A stretch of DNA of 64,000 nt from an uncultured Candidatus Binatia bacterium (GTDB lineage: Bacteria; Desulfobacterota; Binatia; UBA9968; JAJDTQ01). Within the stretch, counting starts at the first letter, position 1. Each line of letters begins with the position of its first letter. The stretch lies in NCBI GenBank assembly GCA_965213675.1, contig OZ243916.1:2912001-2976000 (forward strand), written 5' to 3'. Of the stretch, positions 18,511 through 26,654 are shown one piece after another. The position numbers and the translations under genes are program-made. The notes under the pieces are model-generated. The model was not told the origin of the DNA, did not search any database, and saw only the letters and a list, made by a program, of their open reading frames with translations.

Positions 18511-19134
18511 ATGAAGGCGGTTCTCTGGAGAACGCTGACGACGGCGGCGTTGGCGCTGGCGTTCGTCATGGCGCCGGCCACGGAGGCGCCCGCCCACAAG
18601 TCCGTCCTCAAGGTGGAATTTGCGGAGCGACGCGAGTTCAACCTCCTCATCGACGACTTCGGCCTCACCGACCAGAACGGCAGGCGCGTGCGGTTCGGGC
18701 AGTTCCGGGGCAAACCGGTGGTGGTCAACTTCATGTACACGTCGTGCCCGGACGTGTGCCCGCTGCTCACCGCGAGCCTCAAGATCCTGCGCGACCACAT
18801 GGAGCCGGCGGAGTCCCGGGACATCCATTTCCTGTCCATCACCACCGACCCCGAGGTGGATACCCCCGAGGTACTCAAGGCGTACAGCAAGCGTCACAAA
18901 GCGGATGCGCCCAACTGGTCGTGGCTCACGGGGAACGAGCGGGCGCTGGCGCCGGTGTGGCAGGGCTTCGGTGTGAGTGTGCAGCGCATCGCCAAGGGAC
19001 TCATCGAGCACACCACGCTGACGGTGGTGGCGGACGCCAAAGGCTATATGCGCTTCGCCTACTTCGGCTCCGCGCCGGACCCGGACGTGATGTTGCAGGA
19101 TCTGCGGGCGCTCGCCAAGGAACCGGCCACCTGA
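18511..19134 (+). CDS. SCO1/SenC family protein
   Basis: Signal peptide, FGLTDQNG, FMYTSCPDVCP, SITTDPEVDTP, IEHTT; AAGGAG RBS. Confidence 0.9.
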   Translation: MKAVLWRTLTTAALALAFVMAPATEAPAHKSVLKVEFAERREFNLLIDDFGLTDQNGRRVRFGQFRGKPVVVNFMYTSCPDVCPLLTASLKILRDHMEPAESRDIHFLSITTDPEVDTPEVLKAYSKRHKADAPNWSWLTGNERALAPVWQGFGVSVQRIAKGLIEHTTLTVVADAKGYMRFAYFGSAPDPDVMLQDLRALAKEPAT

Positions 19135-19204
19135 CGACTCGTTCAATTCCCTGCGACTCCCGGGACAGATCCGGCGCAAAGGACGCGGCTCATGGGGTAT
19201 GGCG

Positions 19205-19339
19205 CCCTTCGACCTGGCTCAGGACACGCCCTCCGACTTCGCGCCGCTGACGCGGCGCTACGCTCAGGACGAACGGAGGTGCGGTTGCCAGTCGCGGTGA
19301 GCCAGGTCAAAGGACCTTTCCCGAGCGCAGTCGAAGGGC
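19205..19339. repeat. Interspersed palindrome, family B
   Basis: CCCTTCGAC...GCTCAGGAC...CGACTTCGCGCCGCTGACGCGGCGCTACGCTCAGGACGAACGG...GTCGAAGGG; similar to 43415-43538. Confidence 0.8.
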
Positions 19340-19359
19340 TGCCGGGGTTGGATTGAACC

Positions 19360-21510
19360 GTGGGATCGCTGCTGAGCGCCATCGTATGGGAGACCGTGGG
19401 GGTCTTTTACGAGGCCTCGGTGTACCTCCTCATCGGGTTTTTCGTCGCCGGACTCTTCCACGCATACCTGCCGGCGAATCTCATTGCCCGCTACCTGGGC
19501 CGCAACGACGTGCGCTCGGTGGGGCTGGCGGCGCTGTTCGGGGCGCCCATTCCCTTGTGCTCTTGCGGCGTCCTGCCGGCGGCGTCCTCGCTGCAAAGGC
19601 AGGGAGCCGGCCGGGCGCCACTGGTATCGTTTCTGATCTCGACTCCCGAGACCGGGGTGGACTCGGTGGCCCTGACCTACGGGCTCATGGGTCCGGTGAT
19701 GGCCGTGGTGCGTCCGGTGGTGGCGGTGGTGACGGCGCTGGTGGCTGGCATCGCCGCCATCGGCGTGCGTGAGGACCAGACGGAGGGTCGCCCCTCCACC
19801 GGCGCGGCCGCGGTTTGCGCCGATGCGTGTGCGCCAGGGGCCGCCGGCAAGGGCGCATGCGATGACACGCGCGCCCCGGCCGGTGGCCAGGATCCGTGCG
19901 CCGAGACGGACGCGGCGGCTCCTTCACCGAGGCGCCGTTTCCTTCATTCGCTGGAATACGGCTTCACCTCGGTGCTGGACGACATCGCGTTGTCGCTGGT
20001 CGCCGGCATGCTGCTGACCGGGATTCTCGCGGGCCTTCTGCCCGACAACTTCTTCGACGAGGTGCTCGGCTGGGGCTCGGGGATCATGCCCATGCTGGCC
20101 ATGATCGTGCTCGGGCTGCCGTTGTACCTCTGCGCCAGCGCGTCCACCCCGGTGGCCGCCGCGCTCATGGTCAAGGGGCTCTCTCCGGGAGCGGCGCTCG
20201 TGTTCCTGCTGGTGGGGCCGGCCACCAACCTTGCCACCATGACCGTGGTGGGGCAGCTCCTGGGGCGCCGTCTTCTCGGCGTCTACATCGGCGCCATCAT
20301 CCTCGTGAGCCTGCTGGCCGGACTCCTGGTGGACGCGACCCTGGCGGATTCCATCCAGGTGGCGGGCTTCGGCGATCTCGGGCAGGAACTCGACGCGGTC
20401 TTCGCGCTGAAGGCCCTGTCGGCCGTGGGCCTGGTGCTGCTGTTGCTGCGGAGTTTCGCACGCAAGGGCTTTCGCACGGTCTGGCGCGACGCTTCGGATC
20501 AGCTTCGCCAGACCGGCCAGGCCGTCAAGGCCCTCCGTCCCGGCCTCTTGTTGCGCGGCCCGGTGCTCGCGGCGGCCGCGGCCATCGCGGCGGTGGCGTC
20601 GGTTCCGGCGTTCACCCTGGTGGTCGAGCCCGGCCAGCGCGGCATCATCCAACGCTTCGGCCGAGTGGCCGCGGCGGACCTCGAGCCCGGCCTGTACTTC
20701 CATCTGCCGGCACCCTTCGGCCGGGGGACCGCGGTGGACGTGGCGCTGGTCCGACAGGTCTCCGTGGGCTTTCGGGGCAGCGTCAACGGGCGGCGGGAGG
20801 TTGTGGACGCGCAGGCCTTCTACCTCACCGCGGACGCCAACGTCATCGACATCCGCGCGGTGGTGCAGTACCGCGTGCGCGATCCGGCGGTGTACGCCCT
20901 GGGCGTCGAGGAGACCCCCGCGGTGGTCCTGGGGCTGGCCCGGCGTGAGCTGGTGAGCCTCTTGAGCCGCAAGCCCATCGACCGGGTCTATACGGTGGAC
21001 CGGCGCGGCACCGAGAGCGAACTGCGGGACCGGTTGGCCCGGCGCCTCGCCTCCCTGGGCATCGGCAGCGAAGTTCTGGACGTGCGGCTCCTGGACGTGC
21101 ACGCGCCCGGCCGGGTCCACGACGCCTTTCGCGACGTGGCCAGCGCACTGGAGGACCGCCAGCGCGACATCCACGTAGCCACCGGGGCGGCGACCCAGTC
21201 CACCACCGCGGCCACGGGCGAGGCGGAGCGCATCATGCAACGCGCCGAGGGCCGCGCCGTGCGCGAGATGCGCCGGGCCGAGGGCCGCGCCGCCGCGTTT
21301 CGCGATACGGCGGCGGTGCACCGGGCGAGTCCGTCGGTCACCGAAGCCCGCCTCTATCTGGAAACCCTCGAGCGGTCGCTGGAGCTGCCGCGCAAGTACA
21401 TCTACATGCCCGAGGCGGACGGCGGAGGCGACGTGGATATCTGGGTCGGCGCGCCCTCCGCGGACCTCCTGAACCTGGGCGCGCCCGTGCCCCGGAGCGG
21501 GCAGAGATAG
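19360..21510 (+). CDS. SO_0444/ArsP (DUF318)-type metal permease fused to a C-terminal SPFH/HflK domain
   Basis: GAPIPLCSCGVLP, FLISTPETGVDS, PLYLCASASTPVAAAL, GPATNLAT; then VEPGQRGIIQRFG...LTADANVIDI...VHDAFRDVASA...RLYLETLE. Confidence 0.88.
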   Translation: MGSLLSAIVWETVGVFYEASVYLLIGFFVAGLFHAYLPANLIARYLGRNDVRSVGLAALFGAPIPLCSCGVLPAASSLQRQGAGRAPLVSFLISTPETGVDSVALTYGLMGPVMAVVRPVVAVVTALVAGIAAIGVREDQTEGRPSTGAAAVCADACAPGAAGKGACDDTRAPAGGQDPCAETDAAAPSPRRRFLHSLEYGFTSVLDDIALSLVAGMLLTGILAGLLPDNFFDEVLGWGSGIMPMLAMIVLGLPLYLCASASTPVAAALMVKGLSPGAALVFLLVGPATNLATMTVVGQLLGRRLLGVYIGAIILVSLLAGLLVDATLADSIQVAGFGDLGQELDAVFALKALSAVGLVLLLLRSFARKGFRTVWRDASDQLRQTGQAVKALRPGLLLRGPVLAAAAAIAAVASVPAFTLVVEPGQRGIIQRFGRVAAADLEPGLYFHLPAPFGRGTAVDVALVRQVSVGFRGSVNGRREVVDAQAFYLTADANVIDIRAVVQYRVRDPAVYALGVEETPAVVLGLARRELVSLLSRKPIDRVYTVDRRGTESELRDRLARRLASLGIGSEVLDVRLLDVHAPGRVHDAFRDVASALEDRQRDIHVATGAATQSTTAATGEAERIMQRAEGRAVREMRRAEGRAAAFRDTAAVHRASPSVTEARLYLETLERSLELPRKYIYMPEADGGGDVDIWVGAPSADLLNLGAPVPRSGQR

Positions 21511-21520
21511 TGGAATCACC

Positions 21521-22474
21521 ATGACCAAACCCGTCGTCGCGGTCCTCGTTCTGGCGCTGCTCCTCTTCGCCGCCGCCACTTCGTTCGTGGTGGTGGATGA
21601 GAAGAGCCACGCGGTCATCACCCAGTTCGGCAAGCCGGTGTCGGTGCTGAGCGACGCCGGCCTCTACTTCAAGCTGCCGGTGCCGTTCCAGCGGGCCAAC
21701 CTGCTGGACAAGCGCATCCTCATCACCAACACGCGGGAGACGGAACTGCTCACCGCGGACAAGAAGAACGTCCTGGTCTCCACCTATATCTCCTGGAAGA
21801 TCGCCGATCCGGTGCGCTACCTGGCGGCGCTGCGCCGCCGGGACTTCGCGGAGAACCGGCTTGCCGCGCTGGTGCAGTCCGAGTTGGGCAGCGCGCTGGG
21901 CGGCCGGCCCTTCAGCACGATTCTGGGAATTTCCGGCAACGACGCCAGCTTGGCCGAGTTGGAGGCATCGGTGGAGCGGGCCGTGGCCCGGGTGGCGCGG
22001 AAGGACCTGGGCCTCGAGGTGGTGAGCCTGGGGGTGACGCGTCTCATCTTCCCGCAACAGAACCTGGACAGCGTGTTCGCGCGCATGCGCGCGGAGCGCG
22101 CGCGCATCGCCCGGGGCTTTCGCTCGGAGGGGCGCGCCGAGGCGCAGAAGATTGCCGCCCGTGCCGAGAAGGAACGCGCGCGCATCATCGCCGAGGCCGA
22201 GGCCACCGCCACCAGGCTGCGCGGCCGCGGCGAGGCCGAGGCGGCGCGCGTCTACGCCGAGGCCTACGAGGGTCACGCCGGGTTCTATCGTTTTCTGCGC
22301 ACGCTGGAAGCCTACAAGAAGGTGCTGAACGAGAAGACCACACTGGTCCTGCCCGCGGATTCACCGTTCCTGGAAATCCTGACCTCCAGGATCCCTGGCA
22401 CGCCGGAGCGGGAGCCGTCGGAGCGGGAGTCCGGCGTTGAGCCGCCGCCCACGCGGGGAGAGGTGCCCCGGTGA
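21521..22474 (+). CDS. hflC: HflC-like SPFH protein
   Basis: AVITQFGKP, GLYFKLP, LLTADKKNV, VFARMRAERARIA, RSEGRAEA, GEAEAARVYAEAY, FYRFLRTLEAY. Confidence 0.9.
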   Translation: MTKPVVAVLVLALLLFAAATSFVVVDEKSHAVITQFGKPVSVLSDAGLYFKLPVPFQRANLLDKRILITNTRETELLTADKKNVLVSTYISWKIADPVRYLAALRRRDFAENRLAALVQSELGSALGGRPFSTILGISGNDASLAELEASVERAVARVARKDLGLEVVSLGVTRLIFPQQNLDSVFARMRAERARIARGFRSEGRAEAQKIAARAEKERARIIAEAEATATRLRGRGEAEAARVYAEAYEGHAGFYRFLRTLEAYKKVLNEKTTLVLPADSPFLEILTSRIPGTPEREPSERESGVEPPPTRGEVPR

Positions 22475-23382
22475 CGGGACGGGGGCGACGATTCCCGGTT
22501 TTCCTTGGCTGTGCCGCCGTGCTCGCTGGCTGGCTTGCCTTGGGAATTTACAGCGTCGAATCCGACGAGAGCGCGGTGGCCTACTTCCTCGGCAAGGCCG
22601 TGGGCCGCGACGTGCTGCCGGGCATCCACTGGAACCCGCCTTGGCCGCTGGGCCGGGTGGTGGTGGCTCGGACGGCTACGAACTTTCTCATGCCGGTGGA
22701 GCACGAGGCGCCGGCGGACAGCGTGACCGGCGCGTCCGAGTCCCTGTGGCTTCTGGGGGACACCAACGTCGTCGTCGGCCGGGTGGGCATCCAGTACAGC
22801 ATCCGCAGCCTGACGCGCTTCGAGGTGTCGCACGAGGATCCGCGGGAACTGTTGCGCCGGGCCGGGCGGCGGATCGTGACACGGTTTCTCGCCAGCGAGA
22901 GCGTGGACGCCGCCCTCACCACGCGCCGGAACGATCTGCTGGACGCGGTGCAGCGGCAAGTGCAGGCGATACTCGATCATCACGGATCGGGCATCGAAAT
23001 CCAGTCCGTGAACGTCGAGGCGCTGGCCCCTCCGGAGCAGGGCGGCGTGCGGCAGGCCTTCCAGGAGGTGCAGAGCGCGCTGGCGGACAAGGAACGCGTG
23101 GTGGACGAGGCCCGCGCCGACCGCGCCCAGACCCTCGCCGAAGCAGAGGGGGAGGCCGAGCACCGCGTGACCCAGGCCGAGGCCGCGCGCCACCGGCGGG
23201 TGGAGATCGCCAAGGGCGAAGGGGAACGTTTCCGTCGCTTGGCCCGGGAGCACCGCAAGACCCCGCGACTCACCGAGGAACGGCTCTACCTGGAAACCAT
23301 CGAGGAGATCCTGCCGCGCATGGACACCTACGTGGTCCAGTCGGCCCCCGGCGGCAAGGTGAATCTGCGCGTGGTCAGGTGA
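22471..23382 (+). CDS. hflK: HflK-like SPFH protein
   Basis: GIYSVESDE, PGIHWNPPWP, GDTNVV, VRQAFQEVQSA, AKGEGERF, ERLYLETIEEILP; GTGA overlap with the hflC stop. Confidence 0.88.
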   Translation: MTGRGRRFPVFLGCAAVLAGWLALGIYSVESDESAVAYFLGKAVGRDVLPGIHWNPPWPLGRVVVARTATNFLMPVEHEAPADSVTGASESLWLLGDTNVVVGRVGIQYSIRSLTRFEVSHEDPRELLRRAGRRIVTRFLASESVDAALTTRRNDLLDAVQRQVQAILDHHGSGIEIQSVNVEALAPPEQGGVRQAFQEVQSALADKERVVDEARADRAQTLAEAEGEAEHRVTQAEAARHRRVEIAKGEGERFRRLAREHRKTPRLTEERLYLETIEEILPRMDTYVVQSAPGGKVNLRVVR

Positions 23383-23448
23383 AACTGGTGTCGTGTCCGG
23401 CAGAGGCAATTTACGCCTTATTGATATTAGTTGATCAACTACGCTCGT

Positions 23449-23481
23449 TTGACAGGCGAACATTTTGAGAGTAGTTTCTCA
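23449..23481 (+). promoter_or_regulatory. Sigma70 promoter with an overlapping palindromic operator (Fur/Zur-like)
   Basis: TTGACA (23449) - 17 bp - TAGTTT (23472); TGAGA-GTAGTT-TCTCA palindrome covers the -10. Confidence 0.6.
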
Positions 23482-23518
23482 TTAATCCATCATCCATGCG
23501 GGCCGAGGAGGAATCGAC

Positions 23519-24652
23519 ATGAAGACAGTGGGACGGATTCTGTTTGTAATGGTCGTGGGTCTTTTGACAGGGGCCCATCCGGCGTTCGCCAGCGAGAAGG
23601 GCGTGAGTGTGGTGGCCAGTATCCTTCCTGTCGCCTATCTGGCGCAGGAGTTGGGCGGGGAGCGCGTGCGCGTGGACCTGCTGGTGCCACCGGGGGCAAG
23701 TCCGCACACGTTCGAGCCGGTGCCGAGCGACATGATCAAGCTGCGACGCGCCCGGTTGTTCTTGCGGGTCGGCGCCAATCTGGACGGATGGACCGACAGG
23801 CTCCGGGGAGCGGCTTCCGATGGACTGGAGACGTTGACCCTGATGACGTTGCCCGGCATCAAGCCTCTTGAGGGGGGTCACGATCATGACCACGGCCACG
23901 GTCATGGCGAGAAGAAAGCGGAAGCACACGACGACCATGGGCACGGCGAGAGGCAGGCGAAGAAACACGACGACCATGGGCACGACCACGGCGAGAAGAA
24001 GGCGGAGGCGCATGACGACCATGGGCACGGTCATGACGAGAAGAAAGCGGAAGCGCATGACGACCACGGCCACGGCGACAAACATGCGGAGAAGCACCAC
24101 GGAGAAGCGGAGGCGGCGGGTGGCGAAGGGTTGGACCCGCACTTCTGGCTGGATCCGATCCGGGTTCGGGATGCGGTCGTCCCGGTCATTGTCGAGCATC
24201 TGGTGGAGGCGGATCCGGCCGGCAAGGAGTACTACGAGCAACGCGGCAAGGACTTCCGCCAACGCCTGACGGCGCTGGATGTCAAAGTCCGGGGGGAGCT
24301 GGCCAAGGCCAAATCCAGGAAGTTCGTGGCGTTCCACAGTGCCTGGGCCTACTTTTCCGAGCGATACGATCTCGAAGAGGTGGCGGTGGTGCAGGAGTTC
24401 GCCGGCGAAGAACCAACGCCGCGGGAGTTGGCCGCGCTGGTGAAGGGGGCGCGGGAGGCCGGGATCCGCAGTATCCTGGTGGAGCCGCAACTCAGCCCGC
24501 GGGTGGCGCAGACCATCGCCAGCGAGTTTGGCGGCGGGACGGCGCTGGTGGATCCCCTGGGGGACTCCGGCGATCCGGCGCGAGCGAGCTACGAAGGGTT
24601 GATGCTGTTCAACGCGCGAGCGTTCGCGCAGGCTCTGGGGGGGCAGAATTGA
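23519..24652 (+). CDS. znuA: Zn ABC transporter substrate-binding protein with a long repetitive His-rich loop
   Basis: GASPHTFEP, LDPHFWLDP, AFHSAWAYF, VEPQ; repeated HDDHGHG..EKKAEA; GAGGAGG RBS. Confidence 0.9.
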   Translation: MKTVGRILFVMVVGLLTGAHPAFASEKGVSVVASILPVAYLAQELGGERVRVDLLVPPGASPHTFEPVPSDMIKLRRARLFLRVGANLDGWTDRLRGAASDGLETLTLMTLPGIKPLEGGHDHDHGHGHGEKKAEAHDDHGHGERQAKKHDDHGHDHGEKKAEAHDDHGHGHDEKKAEAHDDHGHGDKHAEKHHGEAEAAGGEGLDPHFWLDPIRVRDAVVPVIVEHLVEADPAGKEYYEQRGKDFRQRLTALDVKVRGELAKAKSRKFVAFHSAWAYFSERYDLEEVAVVQEFAGEEPTPRELAALVKGAREAGIRSILVEPQLSPRVAQTIASEFGGGTALVDPLGDSGDPARASYEGLMLFNARAFAQALGGQN

Positions 24653-25443
24653 CAGAACTCAACCACGGAGTCGTGGTGGGGCTGAGTGGCGTGTCGGTGG
24701 AGTTGGGTGGCCGAAGCGTCCTGCACGACATCAACTTCAACGTGCACGAGGGCGGTTTCGTGGGCATCGTGGGTCCCAACGGAGCGGGCAAGACCACGCT
24801 GCTGCGCACGATTCTCGGTCTCGTGCCAGTGGTGAGCGGCAGAGTGGAAGTGTTCGGGCGTCCCCCGGGCCGCAACGCCTCCCAAGCCATCGGCTACGTG
24901 CCGCAGCGCCAGAGCATCGCCAGCAACTTCCCGGCCACGGTGGGGGACATGGTGATGATGGGACGGTTGCGGCATTTGGGGCTCATGCGCTTCCCCGGCC
25001 GAAAGGACTGGCAGCGGGTGGACGACAGCCTGCTCCTCGTGGGCATGCTGGACCGCAGAGACCGTGCCGTGGGGCGCCTGTCCGGAGGCGAGCAGCGCCG
25101 GGTCATGCTGGCCCAGGCGCTGTGCGCCAGCACCCGCCTGCTGGTGCTCGACGAGCCCACGGTGGGGCTCGACCTTCCCGCCGAGCACGAGTTCTACGCG
25201 CTGCTCCGAAAGCTCATCCGCGATCTGAGCCTGACCATCGTGGCGGTATCCCATGACCTGGTGGCCTTGGCCGGCGAGACCGACGAGCTGATCTGCATCA
25301 ACCACCGCATGCACATCCACGGCAACGCCGAGGACGTGATTCACAGCCACGCCATTCGCGAGGCCTATTGCTGCGAGTTCGACTTCCTGGCCGGCGAGTT
25401 GGCCCATCACGAGGGCCACGACCACACGGCGCCGGTTTCCTGA
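24649..25443 (+). CDS. znuC: Zn ABC transporter ATP-binding protein
   Basis: GPNGAGKTT, IGYVPQR, LSGGEQRR, LDEPTVGLD, SHDL; C-terminal CCEF...HHEGHDH tail. Confidence 0.9.
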   Translation: MTELNHGVVVGLSGVSVELGGRSVLHDINFNVHEGGFVGIVGPNGAGKTTLLRTILGLVPVVSGRVEVFGRPPGRNASQAIGYVPQRQSIASNFPATVGDMVMMGRLRHLGLMRFPGRKDWQRVDDSLLLVGMLDRRDRAVGRLSGGEQRRVMLAQALCASTRLLVLDEPTVGLDLPAEHEFYALLRKLIRDLSLTIVAVSHDLVALAGETDELICINHRMHIHGNAEDVIHSHAIREAYCCEFDFLAGELAHHEGHDHTAPVS

Positions 25444-25487
25444 ACACCCCGCGGTCACGCGTCGCACGTCATCCGACGGCCTCCCCC

Positions 25488-26288
25488 ATGTTCGAATTCG
25501 AATTCATGCAACGCGCCTTGGCGGCGGCGATCCTCGTGGGCCTGCTGTGCGGTATTCTGGGCTTCTTCGTGGTGCTCCGGCGTTTGGCGTTCATCGGCGT
25601 GGGCATTTCCCATTCCGCCATCGGCGGGGTGGCCATCGGCATCCTGGCAAGTTGGAACCCGCTGCTTACCGGCGCTGTCTTTGCGGTTGCCGTGGCCTTG
25701 GGCATCGCTCTGGTGAGCCAGACGGATCACATCGGCGAGGACACGGTCATCGGCGTCTTCTTCTCCGGCTCCATGGCGTTGGGGATCGTGCTCTTCAGCA
25801 TGAAGAGCGGCTACCAGCAGGATCTCTTCAGCTATCTGTTCGGCAACGTATTGGCGATCTCCACCGAGGAGCTGGTGGCGCTGGCCGCGGTGAGCGCGGT
25901 GATCATGGCGGTCGTCGTGCTCACGTTCAAGGAACATCTGCTGATCTCCTTTGACGAGGAAGTGGCCTCCGCCTACGGCCACAAGGTGGTGGTCCTCAAC
26001 GTGCTGCTGCTGGTGATGCTGGCCCTGACCGTGGTCATCGGGGTGCGCTTGGTGGGACTGTTGCTGATCCAGGCCCTCCTGGTGGTGCCCGCGGCCGTGG
26101 CCGCGCTGTGGGCAACCAACTTCCGCGGGCAGGTGCTTCTGGCGGCGTCCATCGGATCGCTGTCGGGCGTCACCGGCCTCGTGCTGGCCTATCAACTGGA
26201 CATCGCCGCGGGCGGCGCCATCGTGCTGGTGGCGGTGTCGCTTTTCTTCGTTGCCCTGCTCGCCCGCCTCCTGGCCGGGCGTGTATAG
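25488..26288 (+). CDS. znuB: Zn ABC transporter permease
   Basis: FMQRALAAA, VVLRRLAFIGVGISHSA, EDTVIGV, YLFGNVLAI, SFDEEVA. Confidence 0.9.
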   Translation: MFEFEFMQRALAAAILVGLLCGILGFFVVLRRLAFIGVGISHSAIGGVAIGILASWNPLLTGAVFAVAVALGIALVSQTDHIGEDTVIGVFFSGSMALGIVLFSMKSGYQQDLFSYLFGNVLAISTEELVALAAVSAVIMAVVVLTFKEHLLISFDEEVASAYGHKVVVLNVLLLVMLALTVVIGVRLVGLLLIQALLVVPAAVAALWATNFRGQVLLAASIGSLSGVTGLVLAYQLDIAAGGAIVLVAVSLFFVALLARLLAGRV

Positions 26289-26300
26289 CGCCAAGACGCG

Positions 26301-26438
26301 AGTGTCGTGTCCCGTAAATTCCTGCGATAAGTTGCGCAGGATATTATGTAGTCGGCAAGGCGCGATGACGAGCAGTGGGGGTTACCACGCGAGGAAGAGC
26401 CACGCAGCGGACGGCGACAAAGACCAGCAAGTTATCGC
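26301..26438. mobile_element. Family C MITE, truncated, in reverse orientation
   Basis: AGTGTCGTGTCCCGTAAATTCCTGCGA...GGCAAGGCGCGATGACGAGCAGTGG...GAGGAAGAGCCACGCAGC is the reverse complement of the 59681 element. Confidence 0.8.
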
Positions 26439-26654
26439 GCCGGTCCCGGCCGGAAGGCGGACCTGAACCGAGCGGCCCGGCTGCTCGATCCTCAGCATCA
26501 GCGTGCCGTCGGCGAGGCGGAGGCCCAAGAGCGTGGCCCCGCCTTCGGCCGCGAGTTGCACCAAGGGCCGGGCTGCGGCGGGCGCTTCTTCCAGCCCCAG
26601 GCCCGCAGGCCGTCCCATCCCTTGGCCCTCCGTGACATCGGCGAGCGCCGTGCC

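Noticed and set aside
26382-26618. 78-aa minus-strand ORF after the autotransporter
   Set aside because: It runs into a MITE and has no recognisable family; probably a fragment.
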